DNA of 64,000 nucleotides from Negaprion brevirostris (lineage: Eukaryota), in NCBI GenBank assembly GCA_030324005.1, contig JARDVH010000163.1, positions 102,806,411 to 102,870,410 of the forward strand, in the 5' to 3' direction. The position numbers and the translations under genes are program-made. Shown in pieces: positions 36,201 through 49,723 of the stretch (the stretch's first letter is position 1; each line of letters opens with the position of its first letter). The notes under the pieces are model-generated. The model was not told the origin of the DNA. It ran no database searches and was given only the letters and a program-made list of their open reading frames with translations.

Positions 36201-39200
36201 AATTACTTCTCAAGTAATACAGAAAGGATGACTCAGAAATTGGTGGAAAGGCAAGACTGTGGATGAAAAAGGTGGAAAAACAAAATATAGAACTAAAAAG
36301 TGTAGTTACAACAAATTAAAATCACACAATATATTTAACATACTGGTGGGAAAGTCTTGAAATTAATTAAGTTTTAGAACAAGCCAGAAGGGCTTAAAGT
36401 GATCACTGCATAAAACATTAGTCAGGTTTGAAAGTAATAAAACCACGTTGAAATTATTTTGGAGCTAAACTCAATTAAGCATCTCACTGCCATTAAGAAT
36501 GTTTTCTTTTAACTAACTGGACAACAGTACTCAAGCAATATAAATCAATATTAAATATGTGGCATTCATGGCACTTACTAACTTCAGCATTTAATTAGAA
36601 TGTTCACTACAAATGTGCAGCTCACCCATCAGTGCCGAATCTAACATAAACAATTATCTGATCTCAGTGTGACTGTAACCTCTTTACCGACATAGATGAC
36701 AATTTATATTTGCTGAACAGACTAAGAGAAACCTATAAAAAGTGTCATTTGTAAAGAATATTTGGTAAAAAGGGGAAAAAAAATTATTGGTCTAAAAAAA
36801 GTCCTCTGTTGCAGTCCCTTGTGTACTATTTTTAGAACTTCTGTTTAGTTAACAGTCACTCAATACTATATGGTTCAAGGCTCTTGTGACCTCCACTAAA
36901 TACAGTTCTAGCGAACATAGGCATACAACTGAGGGAACCAAGATATTTATATCATGAAATGAACTAGCTTATGCAACATAAAAAAGTATTGGAACTTGAA
37001 GAGCCATCCATGCACAGCATGATATACAAAATGTATATGTTGTACAAACCAGGAACATACATTAACTATAGACAAGATGAATCATCATCATGTTCGGAGA
37101 TTAGGAATGAGAAATCGGAATTTTAAAGTGATTTTATTAATGGAATGTATTAGTTTTATATAGTAACAAGAAATCAGTGAAAATGAAACATATATTCCAA
37201 CAACTGACACTGTTCACTTAAAGTATAAATACTTTCTTCTAATTCATAATTCAAACAAAAATAAATAGCTGCCACTTAGCCTCGGAGCTATGATCTATGT
37301 CAAAGAGCTGGAAAATCAACTCTACATGGTTGTACGAAGAGTAAATTCCTGTTGAAAAACGTTTCTTCCGCAAAGAAACATTTGATGTAGAACATTATTG
37401 CTTGGACCTTGCTGTTAGTGATGAAGTGTTGCCACTGGCTGCCAACCTTGAACAAAGCTGCCCACAAAGATCTATTGATCTGTGTATCAAGGATTTCATC
37501 TTTCCCAACATTCATTTCAGTCTCACACCAATTCTAAGTAATCTCTTGGTTCCAGCAACAGTGATATCATCAAGCAGGTTTAGCATCATGTTACATTCTC
37601 AAAGACAAGTAAAAATGTATCGATTGGGTGGAATTTTGCCAAGTGTCACCGTGGGCAGGAAAATCAGAGGGTAGTCTGCCTCTGCCATGCCATTTTTTTT
37701 GCCATATTTTTAAACACTTTTCCAAATAAAAATAAATGGGGCAGGTCCTACCACGTGATGCTTATGGACCCCTCCCTGCCAGCAGAGCTCTCCCAATGCA
37801 AACAAATAAAAATTGAAACCTCAGTCTCACAGAACCCTCATTCTCCAACCCTTCCCTCACATAACACCACCCTCTCCTACACCACATAAGAAAACATCCA
37901 TGCAGCAGCCCCCGCCCCCCCAAGCATCTTCTGGGCCTGACCCTCTCCCTCCCTGGGGGCTGTACTCACCTGTGGGTTCTGAAAGGGGATTCTTTCATAA
38001 TTCACGTTGGTGTGAAGGAATGGACCATTTAGTGCAGGATACCCATTAGGTGCGATGTTCTGATAATAACAATTAAATTGTAACAAATGGAAATCCTGAC
38101 TTTCAAAGTTATATAACTGTCACATCATTGGGGGGATGAGGCAGAATCGACCAAGGCAATCCCACTGGCTAAAATCTGTTCTGGGATTCCTGCTTGATTC
38201 TCTTCCCTCTCTGCCATTCCGTCTTCAACATCACATCTGGAGGAGCAGGAAACTAGTGACAACAATTTCCAGATTTCCTCATTTAAGTGAGCACGTGTCA
38301 ATTTCACAGCTGAAATGACGGCGACTGGTAATGGTTTATGGCTGTTACAACTGTTAAATCTGGACCTGTATTTTATACGTGTCACACAATGAGCATCATC
38401 TTGTCATTTATCTTTGAATATAAACAAGTCCATTATTCATTCAGCATAGTCCATTTACTACCTACAGAACTTTGTGTGACAATTTGCTAGAAACTAGAAA
38501 TCCATTCCTTTGATAGGACTGCAACAGTTGTTGCAAAAGGAGATCGTAAAACAAAACTAATCTCTCCACCCCTGATGTATTCAAAGCATCTTTATTGTGA
38601 CTTCATCTTCTGAATATGAAGGATACAACTAACTAAACCAAAAACAAATCTTTTCAGGAAACCAAACTAATGGACACATATTGCTGATCAAGCCACTGAG
38701 CTGGTGCTTATAATACATCTCCTTGGAACTGCTTGCACTGCTGTAAATTGTTCAGCCAAATAATTTGCATTTTGTTGCTTACCAACATCATTGAATTAAG
38801 GCTGGAATAAATATAAGATGCAATTTTCTTGTGCACTTGAGAGGTTTGTATTAAAATTGGAAGAATTGTTATTTCCGATTGAATGACGTACGTAGTTGAA
38901 AGAAATACAAACTGAAAGGAGTCGCACAAGAATGTTTTTAGAAACCAAATTATTGAAGTGAACCAGGACATTATGTTCTGGAAAGAAAATGTCTTAGCAT
39001 TTGCAAAATAGATAAACCATGACTGGAAGGTTTTAGTACACTGAGAAGACTTTTACCTGAAATTAGTATCCAAATTAATCAGACTTCCCAACACATTGTG
39101 TAAAGTTATTTCCACGTTGAATTAACATCACTTAATAGAAGTATATCATTGGAAAGAGTGACCAGCAGCTTCATTATTAACATGTCTGAACACGAACATT

Positions 39201-40729
39201 TCCTGAAGGCTTGGATATATGGCATCCCACTGTGTAAAGTGGTTCTAGTTAGCCTTTTAGGTTTCTTCTCTGCAAACCAAAAATGTCATATTCCTCCTCT
39301 GAGACTTGGCCTTTGCACACATTTTCCACCATTTACTTCTGAATCATACATAGAGCCGGAATTGTGCATTTGAAGTGATTGTGGAATAGATTCTCAACAG
39401 AATAAATCTAGCATTGCAGATCAGCTGCACATTGAGACCACCCGGCTTCATTTCCATTAAAATCAATGGAAATAAGGATTGAGGGATTTCTATAATGAAT
39501 GGTTGATTCACAAAAGTGGTTTTATATCTGTTGGCAAGTTGAATATCCAAGTCATGTGCTGCTTTTGGGATAAATTGGCCATTTCTCCAAAAAGGCCACA
39601 GTTTTGCTGCCTTTTATGTGACAAAAAGTGAGCAAACCTAAATGATTTAAAATCAAAACTTTTGAGATTAAAGCAAAATATCTCACATATATAACAGTTT
39701 CTGCCTGACTGCAATTTTCTAATTAGTCAGTGGGTTGTATTGGTGGACGGAGCTGGCACCCAGCACACAGCAGAGCGATCTGGTCCACAGTAGATCTGTT
39801 CATCATTTTCACAAATGCAATGAAAAATGAGGTCTCTATACTCTCTGAAGGATATATTAAAATTGAGAAAGATCTAATCAACACAAAATCAGACAGAGAT
39901 AGACAGGTTAAATATGGCCAGTATTGAAAAGAAAGAGACAGAGGTAAAATACAAACAAGGATAGAGAGATTAACGTATAGTCAACGTAGTATAGGAATTG
40001 CAGATTAAGAGCCATTTTAAAAGTAGGACAATTCCTGTTAGGTTTGTGGATCTTTGGTTTCTGAGTGTTTTGTTAGGTCCAGTGAAGTTTTGCACCTGTG
40101 GGCTGAAAGATATTGAGATAGTGCAACAAAATATATCAAGTATTGTTTAATGATTAGATAAAAAGCAACTGGTAAGAGGGGAAGTGGGTATTTGGTGTAA
40201 GCAGAGGTACTTTGGTGACTGGTACTGAAAAGATTTAGGGTCAGAATGTGATTAAAAAAAGCTTTGACATCATAGAATTTAAAGAGAAAAAGAAAGGGCC
40301 TGTGTAAANNNNNNNNNNNNNNNNNNNNNNNNNNNNNNNNNNNNNNNNNNNNNNNNNNNNNNNNNNNNNNNNNNNNNNNNNNNNNNNNNNNNNNNNNNNN
40401 NNNNNNNNNNNNNNNNNNNNNNNNNNNNNNNNNNNNNNNNNNNNNNNNNNNNNNNNNNNNNNNNNNNNNNNNNNNNNNNNNNNNNNNNNNNNNNNNNNNN
40501 NNNNNNNNNNNNNNNNNNNNNNNNNNNNNNNNNNNNNNNNNNNNNNNNNNNNNNNNNNNNNNNNNNNNNNNNNNNNNNNNNNNNNNNNNNNNNNNNNNNN
40601 NNNNNNNNNNNNAGGATAAAAAGAATGGGAAAGATATGGCATGAAAGAGACTGTACAAGGAGGAAGGAATTACATGGAAAGGAGACTAATTTCACTGCAA
40701 ATGATTTGCAGATCTCTGCTTGTATCCAA

Positions 40730-40966
40730 TTAAAGTTCATTTATCACTGTCACAAGTAGGCTTACATTAACACTGCAATTAAATTACTGTGAAAAATCTC
40801 TTAGTCACCACACTCCAGTGCCTGTTTGGAAACCGGCGCACCCAGGAGAATCCCACGCAGACAGCGGGAGAACGTGCAGACTCCGCATGGACAGTGCTCT
40901 GATCTGGGAACAGAACCCGAGTCCCTGGCACTGTGAGGTAGCAGTGCTAATCAAATGTGCTGCCCT
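40730..40966 (-). mobile_element. V-SINE variant with alternative 3' tail (internally deleted)
   Basis: V-domain cccacgcagaca..gggagaacgtgcagactcc and head gtccctggcactgtgaggtagcagtgctaa; tail gtcacaagtaggcttacattaacactgcaat. Confidence 0.85.
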
Positions 40967-41149
40967 ACCTTAAGATCTTTGTTGTACAATTCCCCTGATG
41001 TGACCATGGTCTTGAAAATGGGAAATTCATGAAATGAAATCTTTACAGGTAAAGAAACAACTGCGGAAAATAATTATGGTTTCTTTATTTAACTGAGAAT
41101 ATGAATCTTGGATTCAAATTGAAAAGCCAAACCTCAAGAATAACAATCT

Positions 41150-41780
41150 GTGGATTTATTACCTGAGTGAATCGGTGTTGGGTCAAATAGATCAGAGAGT
41201 TGAATTCACAGCTTAAAGAGTGTTGTGCGAGACAGGGGCTTAAATGGAGGCTGGAAGCGGGAGCTAAGATTGTTGAAAAGATTCAAGTGAGGAAAATGTA
41301 TAAATCTAAACTGAAAAATCAAGGTCACAGAGCAGCTTAGTGGTTTAAGTAAAGATAGGAGATTGTGACTGAAAGGGACAAAAAGTTTCACCATAATCAT
41401 GCATGAGCAAATAAAGCCAAAACAGGGATAAATTATAAAAAGCTAAAATTAAAGATGCATTATCTGAATGTATAAAGCATTTGTAACAAGGTAATTAATT
41501 AATGGCACAAAATAAAGATAAATCTAATTAATCTAATAGCTTATTCCAGAGACCAGGTTGGGAAGTAAGTGTTTCAATGCATTTTATGCTTCGAAAAAAC
41601 AGACAAAACGGTAAACTTGCAGGGATAGCCTTGATGATAATCAATGACATAAGGGCAGTAGTTAAGTCAGATCTTGGCTTCGAAGAACATGGGGTAAAAC
41701 CAGTATGGTTAGACATGAAAGATAACAAAGGTCAGAAAATACTGTGCAAGCTGGATTATAGGCCTTCGAACAGTAGCTGA
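41150..41780 (+). mobile_element. CR1-type LINE ORF1 end and endonuclease start
   Basis: YLNV*SICNKV; RKNRQNGKLAGIALMIINDIRAVVKSDL...VWLDMKDNKGQKI...YRPSNS. Confidence 0.8.
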
Positions 41781-42131
41781 GACCACGTTCCATGGGATTC
41801 GCAAAACTGCATTCCTGCCCCTAATTACCGGCACATTCCTAATTCTTTTGTAAACCACTGGTTTTACTAAGCTGCACTGCCCCTGGGTTTCTCTGAACTC
41901 CAGTCTCTTGGCTACACCAAGCTGTGAATGACTCCCAGGATTGTTTGTGCCATAATCCTTCCACCAGCTTCTCAGCTCCCAAGGACCTCTCCTGAGCCCC
42001 AACTGCACTGAATAACTCCCAGAGCTTCTATGTAAGTTGCAAACCACATTACATCTCAACTGCGACTAACTCTCTCTTCCAGAAAAAACATAGATTAATT
42101 GAAACCAAAGATTCTTTTTTAAGCTCCACCC

Positions 42132-42337
42132 ATCTCCATGGCAACATAGCCTTTCAGGGTTTGCACAATGCTTTTAAACAAATTTAGCTGCAACTCCCAA
42201 AACTCTCTGGACTGTACTTCTTTGCAAACAGCATCAACATTTGGGGAAGTGTAATCCAGAGAGAAGTTTTGGGAGTTACAGCTAAATTAGTTTAAAAGCA
42301 TTGTGCGAACCCTGAAAGGCTACATTGTGATGGAGAT
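42132..42337. repeat. Long imperfect inverted repeat (~90-bp arms, ~25-bp spacer)
   Basis: 42132-42220 is the reverse complement of 42246-42337 with about ten substitutions and one 3-bp indel. Confidence 0.93.
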
Positions 42338-42734
42338 TGTCCGATTTTGTTCGTACCCTCCTGACTGCCCGCGAGAGTGGAGAATTTGGTGCTCAGTCAA
42401 AACTCCATTCACTGTAGCAGCACTGGAGAATCCCAGCCACAAACAAGGTCAGTTTTTTTGGCACATGTCTCCAGTTCTCCAGCTAAATAAGCCCACCTGA
42501 TGTTTCATAGTTCCATTTCTTTGACGTTGATTCTCTTAAAATGAACCTGACCTGTATTTTCTTTTAGGTGTTCTGGCAATCTCTAAATAACCTGGAAGCA
42601 TGCACCCAACAGCAGGGTGGAGAGCCAGTGCTCCAGACAGGGCATGGGACCTTGCCTCCGACCTAGGTGCAGGTTCAGAAAATGACTCGCCTGTAGAAGA
42701 ATTCCCCACTCTTGCTTCTCAAGCAAAAGTTCAA

Positions 42735-43222
42735 CCTAGGTTCTGCAAAGGAACATAGACATGTTAACTGAGCAGGCAAGAAAGTGCAAAATTAAGTATA
42801 ACGTGGGAAATGTAAAGATAAATGGGAGGAAAACAGTAAACGTGATGCTTTTAAGTGGAGACAACTATAGAATGTTGAGGAATTTTGGTGTTCAACAAAC
42901 AAGTTAGAAACCAATTAGGAAGGCAAATGGTATGTTGGTCTTTATTGCAAGCAGGTTGGAGTACAAATTAAGAAGTTTTGTTGACAATTGTGCACGGCTT
43001 TGGTGAAACCACAACTGGTATACAGTGTCCGGTTCTGGTCCCCATACCCAAGGAAGGATATACTTGACTTAGAGCGTGCAATGAAGGGTCTCCAAATTGA
43101 TTTTTGAGGCAAGAGTGAATTCCTTGAGGAGAGTGGATAGAATGTCCCTAGACTCTTCAGAGTTTAGAAGAATGAGAGGTGATGTCATCGAAATGTTCAA
43201 AGTTCAGAAAGGGCTTGACAGC
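42735..43222 (+). mobile_element. CR1-type LINE RT C-terminal fragment
   Basis: IRKANGMLVFIASRLEY; ALVKPQLVYSVRFWSPYPRKDIL; EFRRMRGDVIEMFK. Confidence 0.88.
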
Positions 43223-44339
43223 TAAAGTCATAAAAAGGAAGCATAACAAATAAATGTAGAAATTAGATAAAAGAGACAGAAATAAGTTTTTAAAAAATTA
43301 AATCTCCAGAAATGAAACTCCATGATTTTAAAAGTTTGTTTTTCATGCTAAAGGGGTTGTTTGACAGCAATTACGATTTATTGTGTGATTGGAAATTCAC
43401 TTCCACTTNNNNNNNNNNNNNNNNNNNNNNNNNNNNNNNNNNNNNNNNNNNNNNNNNNNNNNNNNNNNNNNNNNNNNNNNNNNNNNNNNNNNNNNNNNNN
43501 NNNNNNNNACGATTTATTGTGTGATTGGAAATTCACTTCCACTTAAACAGGCAATCCCTAACATTATCTGGGGTATTTCTTAGGTAAGTACTGCAAATTC
43601 ACACCCTTGCATGTAACTCAATGCCAATTCTATTTGAGAAATCCTGGGCTTATAGAAAGCAGGTAAATTCGATTGCAACTTTCAGATGTGTGTTTTACTA
43701 CAGATGCCGGAAGTTGCTGTCCAATTTATTCCAGAATAATGATGAACGCAGATAGCTTCACCATTATTATTATCACAAAATCTGGGGAATGTATGAATGA
43801 GAGTACAATTCTGTAAAAGCTTGTGGAACATAATTTACCCAGACAAAATTTAGTTCTTCAGGTGCTTATAAATCTGATATTGATAAAATGTCACCTAAGC
43901 ATTTACATAATAAAGATTATAAATTGAAAACTGAAACAATAAAGCAAGGGATTATGTCCTCTGGTGTAATTTTTGAAGCTATTTTAATTTTTTTGTTGAC
44001 TGCATCTTTACAAAAGGAAATATTACTTACGATCACACAGTGGTCTATAGAGCTGTCAATGCTACCAATGCAGACTGATCCTAAAGTGCACACCAATGGG
44101 ATTCCTTTGTAACTTCCTTTGAAGAGTACAGCATTGTGTTAAACTGCCGTAGAATCTTACCTGTCACTTTTGCAATCTAAGGTGGCTTTGAAAAAAGACT
44201 AGGATTGCCTGTCAAAGCACTGTGTGGGTTACACAACAACACATTATCTAGATTAGAAAATGGGGCATGCCGTAAATCCAGAAAGACTTGTCACAATTTA
44301 GGAGACACGTCACATTAAAGTTAATATTCTATCAACCCC

Positions 44340-45070
44340 GTCCTTCCCTCCAAACAGGGTGGATTATGTGATTACCAAATGGGTGGTACTAAATGGAGTC
44401 TCACCCATTGGCTGGAAAGCTGGTGAAAGCCTCATGCACCTCTTTCAGGGAAGTCTCACTGAATTGGATACTTAATTGGACAGTGGCAGACCTTCTCCAG
44501 GATCAAGCACCACATAGGCAGAATTCCTGCCCTGTGAAGGCTGCCGGCCAGACAGAGGCCAGCAGCTGGCAAGGATTAGTGACAGCACCAGGGAGGTGGT
44601 GGCTGCTGCCATTGATGTACCCATCCAAGGTCCAGGAGTATGGAGGAACTTAGACACAGGTGAGGAGTAGAGAGGGATTGGAGATGCAGAAAAGTGGAAA
44701 ATAGGTATCTTATAGCGTGGGCAAACTCTGTTCTGATGCCGGATACCTTAACTGGGCGCTAATGCTTTTGACCAGGGAACCCTGCCTCAAAGTCCACAAA
44801 CAAATCACAAACACATGACATGCAAACCCACAAACACGGGTTTGCACATCATACTCCCTTCATTGGAGAGCCCCCTCCAAAGGGCCAGCAATGGGAGGAG
44901 GCCCCTAAGTGGGATTTGATTGCCAATTTAAGGCTTCAATGAATGGGGAGGTGGGAAAATTGTCCATAGGCTTTCGCACCAGGGATTTAATCAGGTGGAG
45001 GGAGGAAGGTAGCGAGGTTCCCACTTGACTGAATGCTCCCCCCCACCCCAGCAAATCTGCCACAAATAAA
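44340..45070. mobile_element. Degraded GC-rich non-autonomous DNA element
   Basis: ggctgccggccagacagaggccagcagct hairpin and gcccctaagtgg..ttaa motifs; related pieces near 21680-21915 and 50790-51420. Confidence 0.4.
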
Positions 45071-45669
45071 TTTTAACCTATTTTGTTACAATTCTTAAAT
45101 AAGAATGAAAATTATTATTTTTCCCTCAAACAGGAAAAATATAGTCCATGACAATGCAGTCAGGTTGCCAGCAACAGAACAATGTTCAGTCAATAACAAA
45201 TTGATGGAAAGTTGCCAATTAGTTCACAAGTTAAAACGTCAGGTTAATGAAAAAAGCAACCATACCAGACAAGGTTCAAATAAAACAATGTAAATAACCT
45301 GTAGTGAATATTAATCTATCATATTGCAGTTTCCCCACACTACCTTTTTATTTCACAGAGCTTATCAGTTTATGGTAGGAAATAGTGTGGGGATTAATTC
45401 TTTATAGTGCACAAATTTCAAAATTAGCAATTATTTCCTAATTAGATGATAACAAGCACAAATCATAAAAATTAGAAGCATAAAAATCATCCCACATGCC
45501 TGGGAAGCAGTGATTACACACATGATTCTTTTACCTCCCATAATTGCATTGTATCCAACTCAGGCTACCAATAAGAAAACCTCTGTGCCAATATTAAAGA
45601 CCTGATGTGAAACCAATTTGGGCATTATCAATCCATTCTGTTCTATCAGCAATGAACTGTCCAAATGGT

Positions 45670-46685
45670 TTCATGGGATGTAACGTTCGCTGGTAAGATC
45701 AGCTTCTGTGTCCATTCCTAATTGCTCAGGTGATGGTGAGCTGCTTTCTTGAACTGCTGCAGTCCATACTCCTTCTAGGAAGGAAGTCACAAGATCTGGA
45801 GCCTACGTAATGAAAGAGTGCTGATACAGTTCCAAGTCAGAGTGGTACATGGTTTGGGGTGGTACATGCAGATGGTGATGTTTCTATGTGTCTGCTGTCC
45901 TGCCACTGCGCACTGGGCAGTGCCAAATGGGTGGGTCTGGCACAGGAGTGATCAGTGGCAGGTCCTGATCGGCGTGGGGGGTGTGGGGGGGTGGGGTGAC
46001 AAGATCTCCCAGTACACCGTGTGTGCAGAATACACTGAGAGACTCAGGGTGCCTGCTAAATAGAGCTTGGCAGAAACATGGGTTCTGGAGCCAGTGAAAA
46101 TAGGCTCCACCGCATCCCCTACTGGCAAGAATTGCACCCTGGTACCTTTTTTTAACTGAGTGCCATGAGATGGTTTTTTTTAAAAAACTCACCTAAAAAA
46201 CATGTCTGAAAGTCTCCTATTTTCTTGCTTGTCCAGCACTATAATTTTTTTGGTAAGATTGACCCCTAGGCCTCTGACCTGCTCTTGTAGTTACAGTATT
46301 TACGTGGCTGGTCCAGCTCAATTTCTCGGCAATTATAACCATCAAGATGTTGATTTGGGGGAATTCAGCAATGGTAATGCCATTGAATGTGAAGGGAAGA
46401 TGGTTAGATTCTCCCTTGCTGGAGATGGTCACTGTGTTGCATGAATGTCACTTGTCACTTATCAACCCAATGTTGTCTAGTTCTTGCGGCACATTGGTAC
46501 ACCTGTTTCAGTATCTGAGGAGTCATGAATGGTGCTGAACATCGTCCAGTCAGCGAGCCTGATGAAGCAAAAATAACTCATGAAGCAGCTGAATATAGAT
46601 GGGCCTAAAACACTATCCTGATGAACTCCTGCAGCAATGTCCTGGAGCTGAAATGATTCATCTCCAATAGCCACAACCATCTTTT
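45670..46685 (-). mobile_element. LINE (CR1/L2 clade) 3' and RT pieces split by a MITE fragment (~45905-46140)
   Basis: QLQDIAAGVHQDSVLGPSIFSCF; MTISSKGESNHLPFTFNGITIAEFPQINIL...KLSWTSHVNTVTTRAGQR. Confidence 0.85.
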
Positions 46686-46689
46686 CTTA

Positions 46690-46961
46690 CAAGTTTAGTT
46701 ATTAGTCACAAGTAGGCTTACATTAATACTGTAATGAAGTTACTATGAAGATCTCCTAACCACCACAGTCCAGTGCCTGTTCAGGTACACTGAAGGAGAA
46801 TTTAGCATGGCCAATGCATCTAACCAGCTTGTCTTCCAGACTGTGGGAGGAAAGCAGAGCACCCAGAAGAAAGCCACGCAGACACAAACAATGACCCAAG
46901 GCGGGAATAGAAATCGGGTCCCTGGCACTGTGAGGAAGCAATGCTAATCACTGTGCCACCA
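46690..46961 (-). mobile_element. V-SINE variant with alternative 3' tail
   Basis: Same tail as 40730 copy; actgtgggaggaaa.cagagcaccc and head tccctggcactgtgaggaagcaatgctaatcactgtgccacc. Confidence 0.88.
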
Positions 46962-47667
46962 TTTTCTATTTCAAGCCTCCATTTAATCAATGGTGCTATG
47001 GTAATTTATTTGTCCTTCAAATAACATCTCCAATTTATAACAAACTGTTGTGAATCTCCTTCAGCTTTCTGATTTTAACATCCCCATGCATTATCATTTC
47101 TAACACAAATTTTTGAACATCTGCAATTGGTTTTTTTAATGCGATTTCTAGATTTACCTCGTTCTATTTCCTCCTATCCTTTTTGTCTGAACATCTGGGC
47201 CCCAATCTTGCAAAGTCAAGCAACACATACCTGACTACAGAATTTAAGTTTGTTTCCTTTTGAATTAATAACATGTGATACAGTTAATGGCTAAGCACTG
47301 CAATCTGAACACATGCAACTGGTTGGGTCATAGTATACCATTTTAATTGCCTGTCTCATTATCATAACTTACCAGTTTTAAAGCGTATTTTAATTCAAAT
47401 TGAAAGTGGGACAATGAGCATAAATACAAGAATTTCTGCTTTCAATGTTCATTTTAACCCTTTTTGGCTTCAATAAGTTTGGTGTACTTTGCATTTTCTG
47501 CTGATGAATTACCATTTTTATGATTGGTCTCTTATCCAACTGTTGAACAAGCCAGGGTCTAATTCTATTGGCTATATGATTTTGACTCTTGTATTGAAAG
47601 GTAACTGTCCCATTCACAATTATCAGTCAACTGATTTCAAAATCCACACTACTGATCATCTAATCCA

Positions 47668-48140
47668 GTAGCACAGTGATTAGCACTGCTGCTTCACAGC
47701 CCCAGGGACCTGGGTCCGATTCCTGGCTCAGATCACTGCCTGTGTGGAGTTTGCACATTCTCCTCATGTCTGCGTGGGTTTCCTCCAGGTGCTCTGGTTT
47801 CCTCCCACAGTCCAAANNNNNNNNNNNNNNNNNNNNNNNNNNNNNNNNNNNNNNNNNNNNNNNNNNNNNNNNNNNNNNNNNNNNNNNNNNNNNNNNNNNN
47901 NNNNNNNNNNNNNNNNCTCCAGGTGCTCTGGTTTCCTCCCACAGTCCAAAGATGTGTGGGTTAGGTTGATTGGCCGTGCTAAAATTGCCCAGTAGTGTCC
48001 TGAGATGCGTAGGTTAGAGGGATTAGCAGGTAAAATATGTAGGGATATGGGGATAGGGTCTGGGTGGGATTGTGGTCAGTGTAGACTCGAGGGGCCAAAG
48101 GGCCTCTTTCTGCACTGTAGGGTTCTATGATTCTATGATA
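47668..48140 (+). mobile_element. HE1/V-SINE containing an artefactual gap
   Basis: gcacagtgattagcactgctgcttcacagc...tgtgtggagtttgcacattctcc...tctgcactgtagggttctatgattctatga. Confidence 0.92.
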
Positions 48141-49633
48141 ATCCCATTCCCACTCCCCTGACCATGGGTAGCCTGCATCTAGTTCACCCTCCTGCAGTTT
48201 TCAGTCATGAGATAAGTAGTTGGTTTGTGCTGATAAATACTACTAGAGATGAGGCAAGCTTGAAGCTGTTGTCTCTGTGCCAGGAATGAAAGTGTTCTGG
48301 ATGCAACAGTTTTTGTTTATAGAAGTGCTACTCAGACAACACAGTCAGTGACGCCAAAGCTGTGGGAGGTCTCATTTTACAGAAGCTCAACTTGGTCACA
48401 GGGTGATTAGCCTCAGATCTTCCTAACACTATGTTACAATGCTTTCATTTCTTTCCTATAGTCAAATAGTCATTACATAATGTTTTCCTTCTCTGAACTT
48501 TACCCTTGGTTTATAACAACTATCATTAGCTCATTAGAAAAGTAAATTATGCTAATCTCAAATGAAGCTCTAGAGATCTGTAACTGTTGAAATTGGTCAG
48601 AATCTCTGAAAAATGCTATCTGTGCAGTCACAGAAGAAATCATCAGAAAATTTAGTTTATAAACACATGTATTAAAATGCATCATATTCTCAGGCTTTTA
48701 GATAATGAGCAATTCAATGATTTTTTAAAAACCTTTGAAATACACTTGTATTACTTTTATGTACTTGCATGTTATAAATAAGTTTTAAATATTTTCCAAT
48801 GGAAAGCTATTATTTCCTTCCGATTGCCAGCTGTTGCTTTACTTTGCTGAAGTGTAATGTGATAATCTCTCTAATCTGCCCCCACTCCTCCAGTTTGGGA
48901 TGATAAATGTATCATCCAATGTTCACCCTCTAGATTCACTTCATTTATCAGTTCAAAATAAAAACACACGTCTACTTAGGTACCACTAATCAGGTAAAAT
49001 TGTCAGTGATTGATGACTAAGAAATTGTTATCTGGTACATATAAAAAGCAAGATTGGCTATTCACTCTCAGAAACAAGAGGTTCATCAATAGATGTTGGA
49101 ATGTAACTAAATTCAATAAATTGCCTGCAATTTCCATCAGGACGATAAAATGTTATTTAGCCACAAATTCATAATGCATGGAAAAATATGCAATAAACTT
49201 CATTGCTTCTTGGAAAATAGCTTAGCTGTGCTATTTGCACCTTACAGGTTGAATTTTACGCACGCGTCAGTGGCCTCACTCCAAGACACTGAATTGTGGG
49301 CGGGCCTGTCCCTGCATTGCCAGCTCGCTATGTAGCCATTTAAAATAAGTTGGGCTGTTAATTGATTTGCGTCCCCATTGAAGAATAACTATTGCTTCCA
49401 AGAACTGCCAACTAATCAAAGGGACAGCAGCTTTCTTGTCACAGAAGCATCACAAGGAACAGGAACCGTTACTGCGACTGCAGGCAAACAAAAAGAAGAA
49501 GAGTAGCATTGGAGCCAAACTAGGTCCAGGGACTCGTGGGGTGAGGATGGCAGACTCTGCCAACTGATGATAGGGAACAGGATCAACAGGGCAGAAAGAC
49601 TTTTTATAGTCAAAAGTTAAATCTTAGAATATC

Positions 49634-49723
49634 ACCCCGTTTACATGGACAATTGAAAACGACATCTATTCGCTAGTCATATAAGTTATTAATGTCGTTT
49701 TCAGTTGCATATGTAAATGGGGT
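49634..49723. repeat. Short hairpin, possible minimal MITE
   Basis: accccgtttacatggacaattgaaaacgacat pairs with atgtcgttttcagttgcatatgtaaatggggt (about 27/32). Confidence 0.7.

Noticed and set aside
43373-43545. 36-bp exact direct repeat flanking a 100-N gap
   Set aside because: Identical sequence on both sides of a fixed-size gap indicates unmerged contig overlap, not a real duplication.
47783-47950. Apparent internal duplication in a V-SINE
   Set aside because: Exact repeat on both sides of a 100-N gap; assembly artefact.
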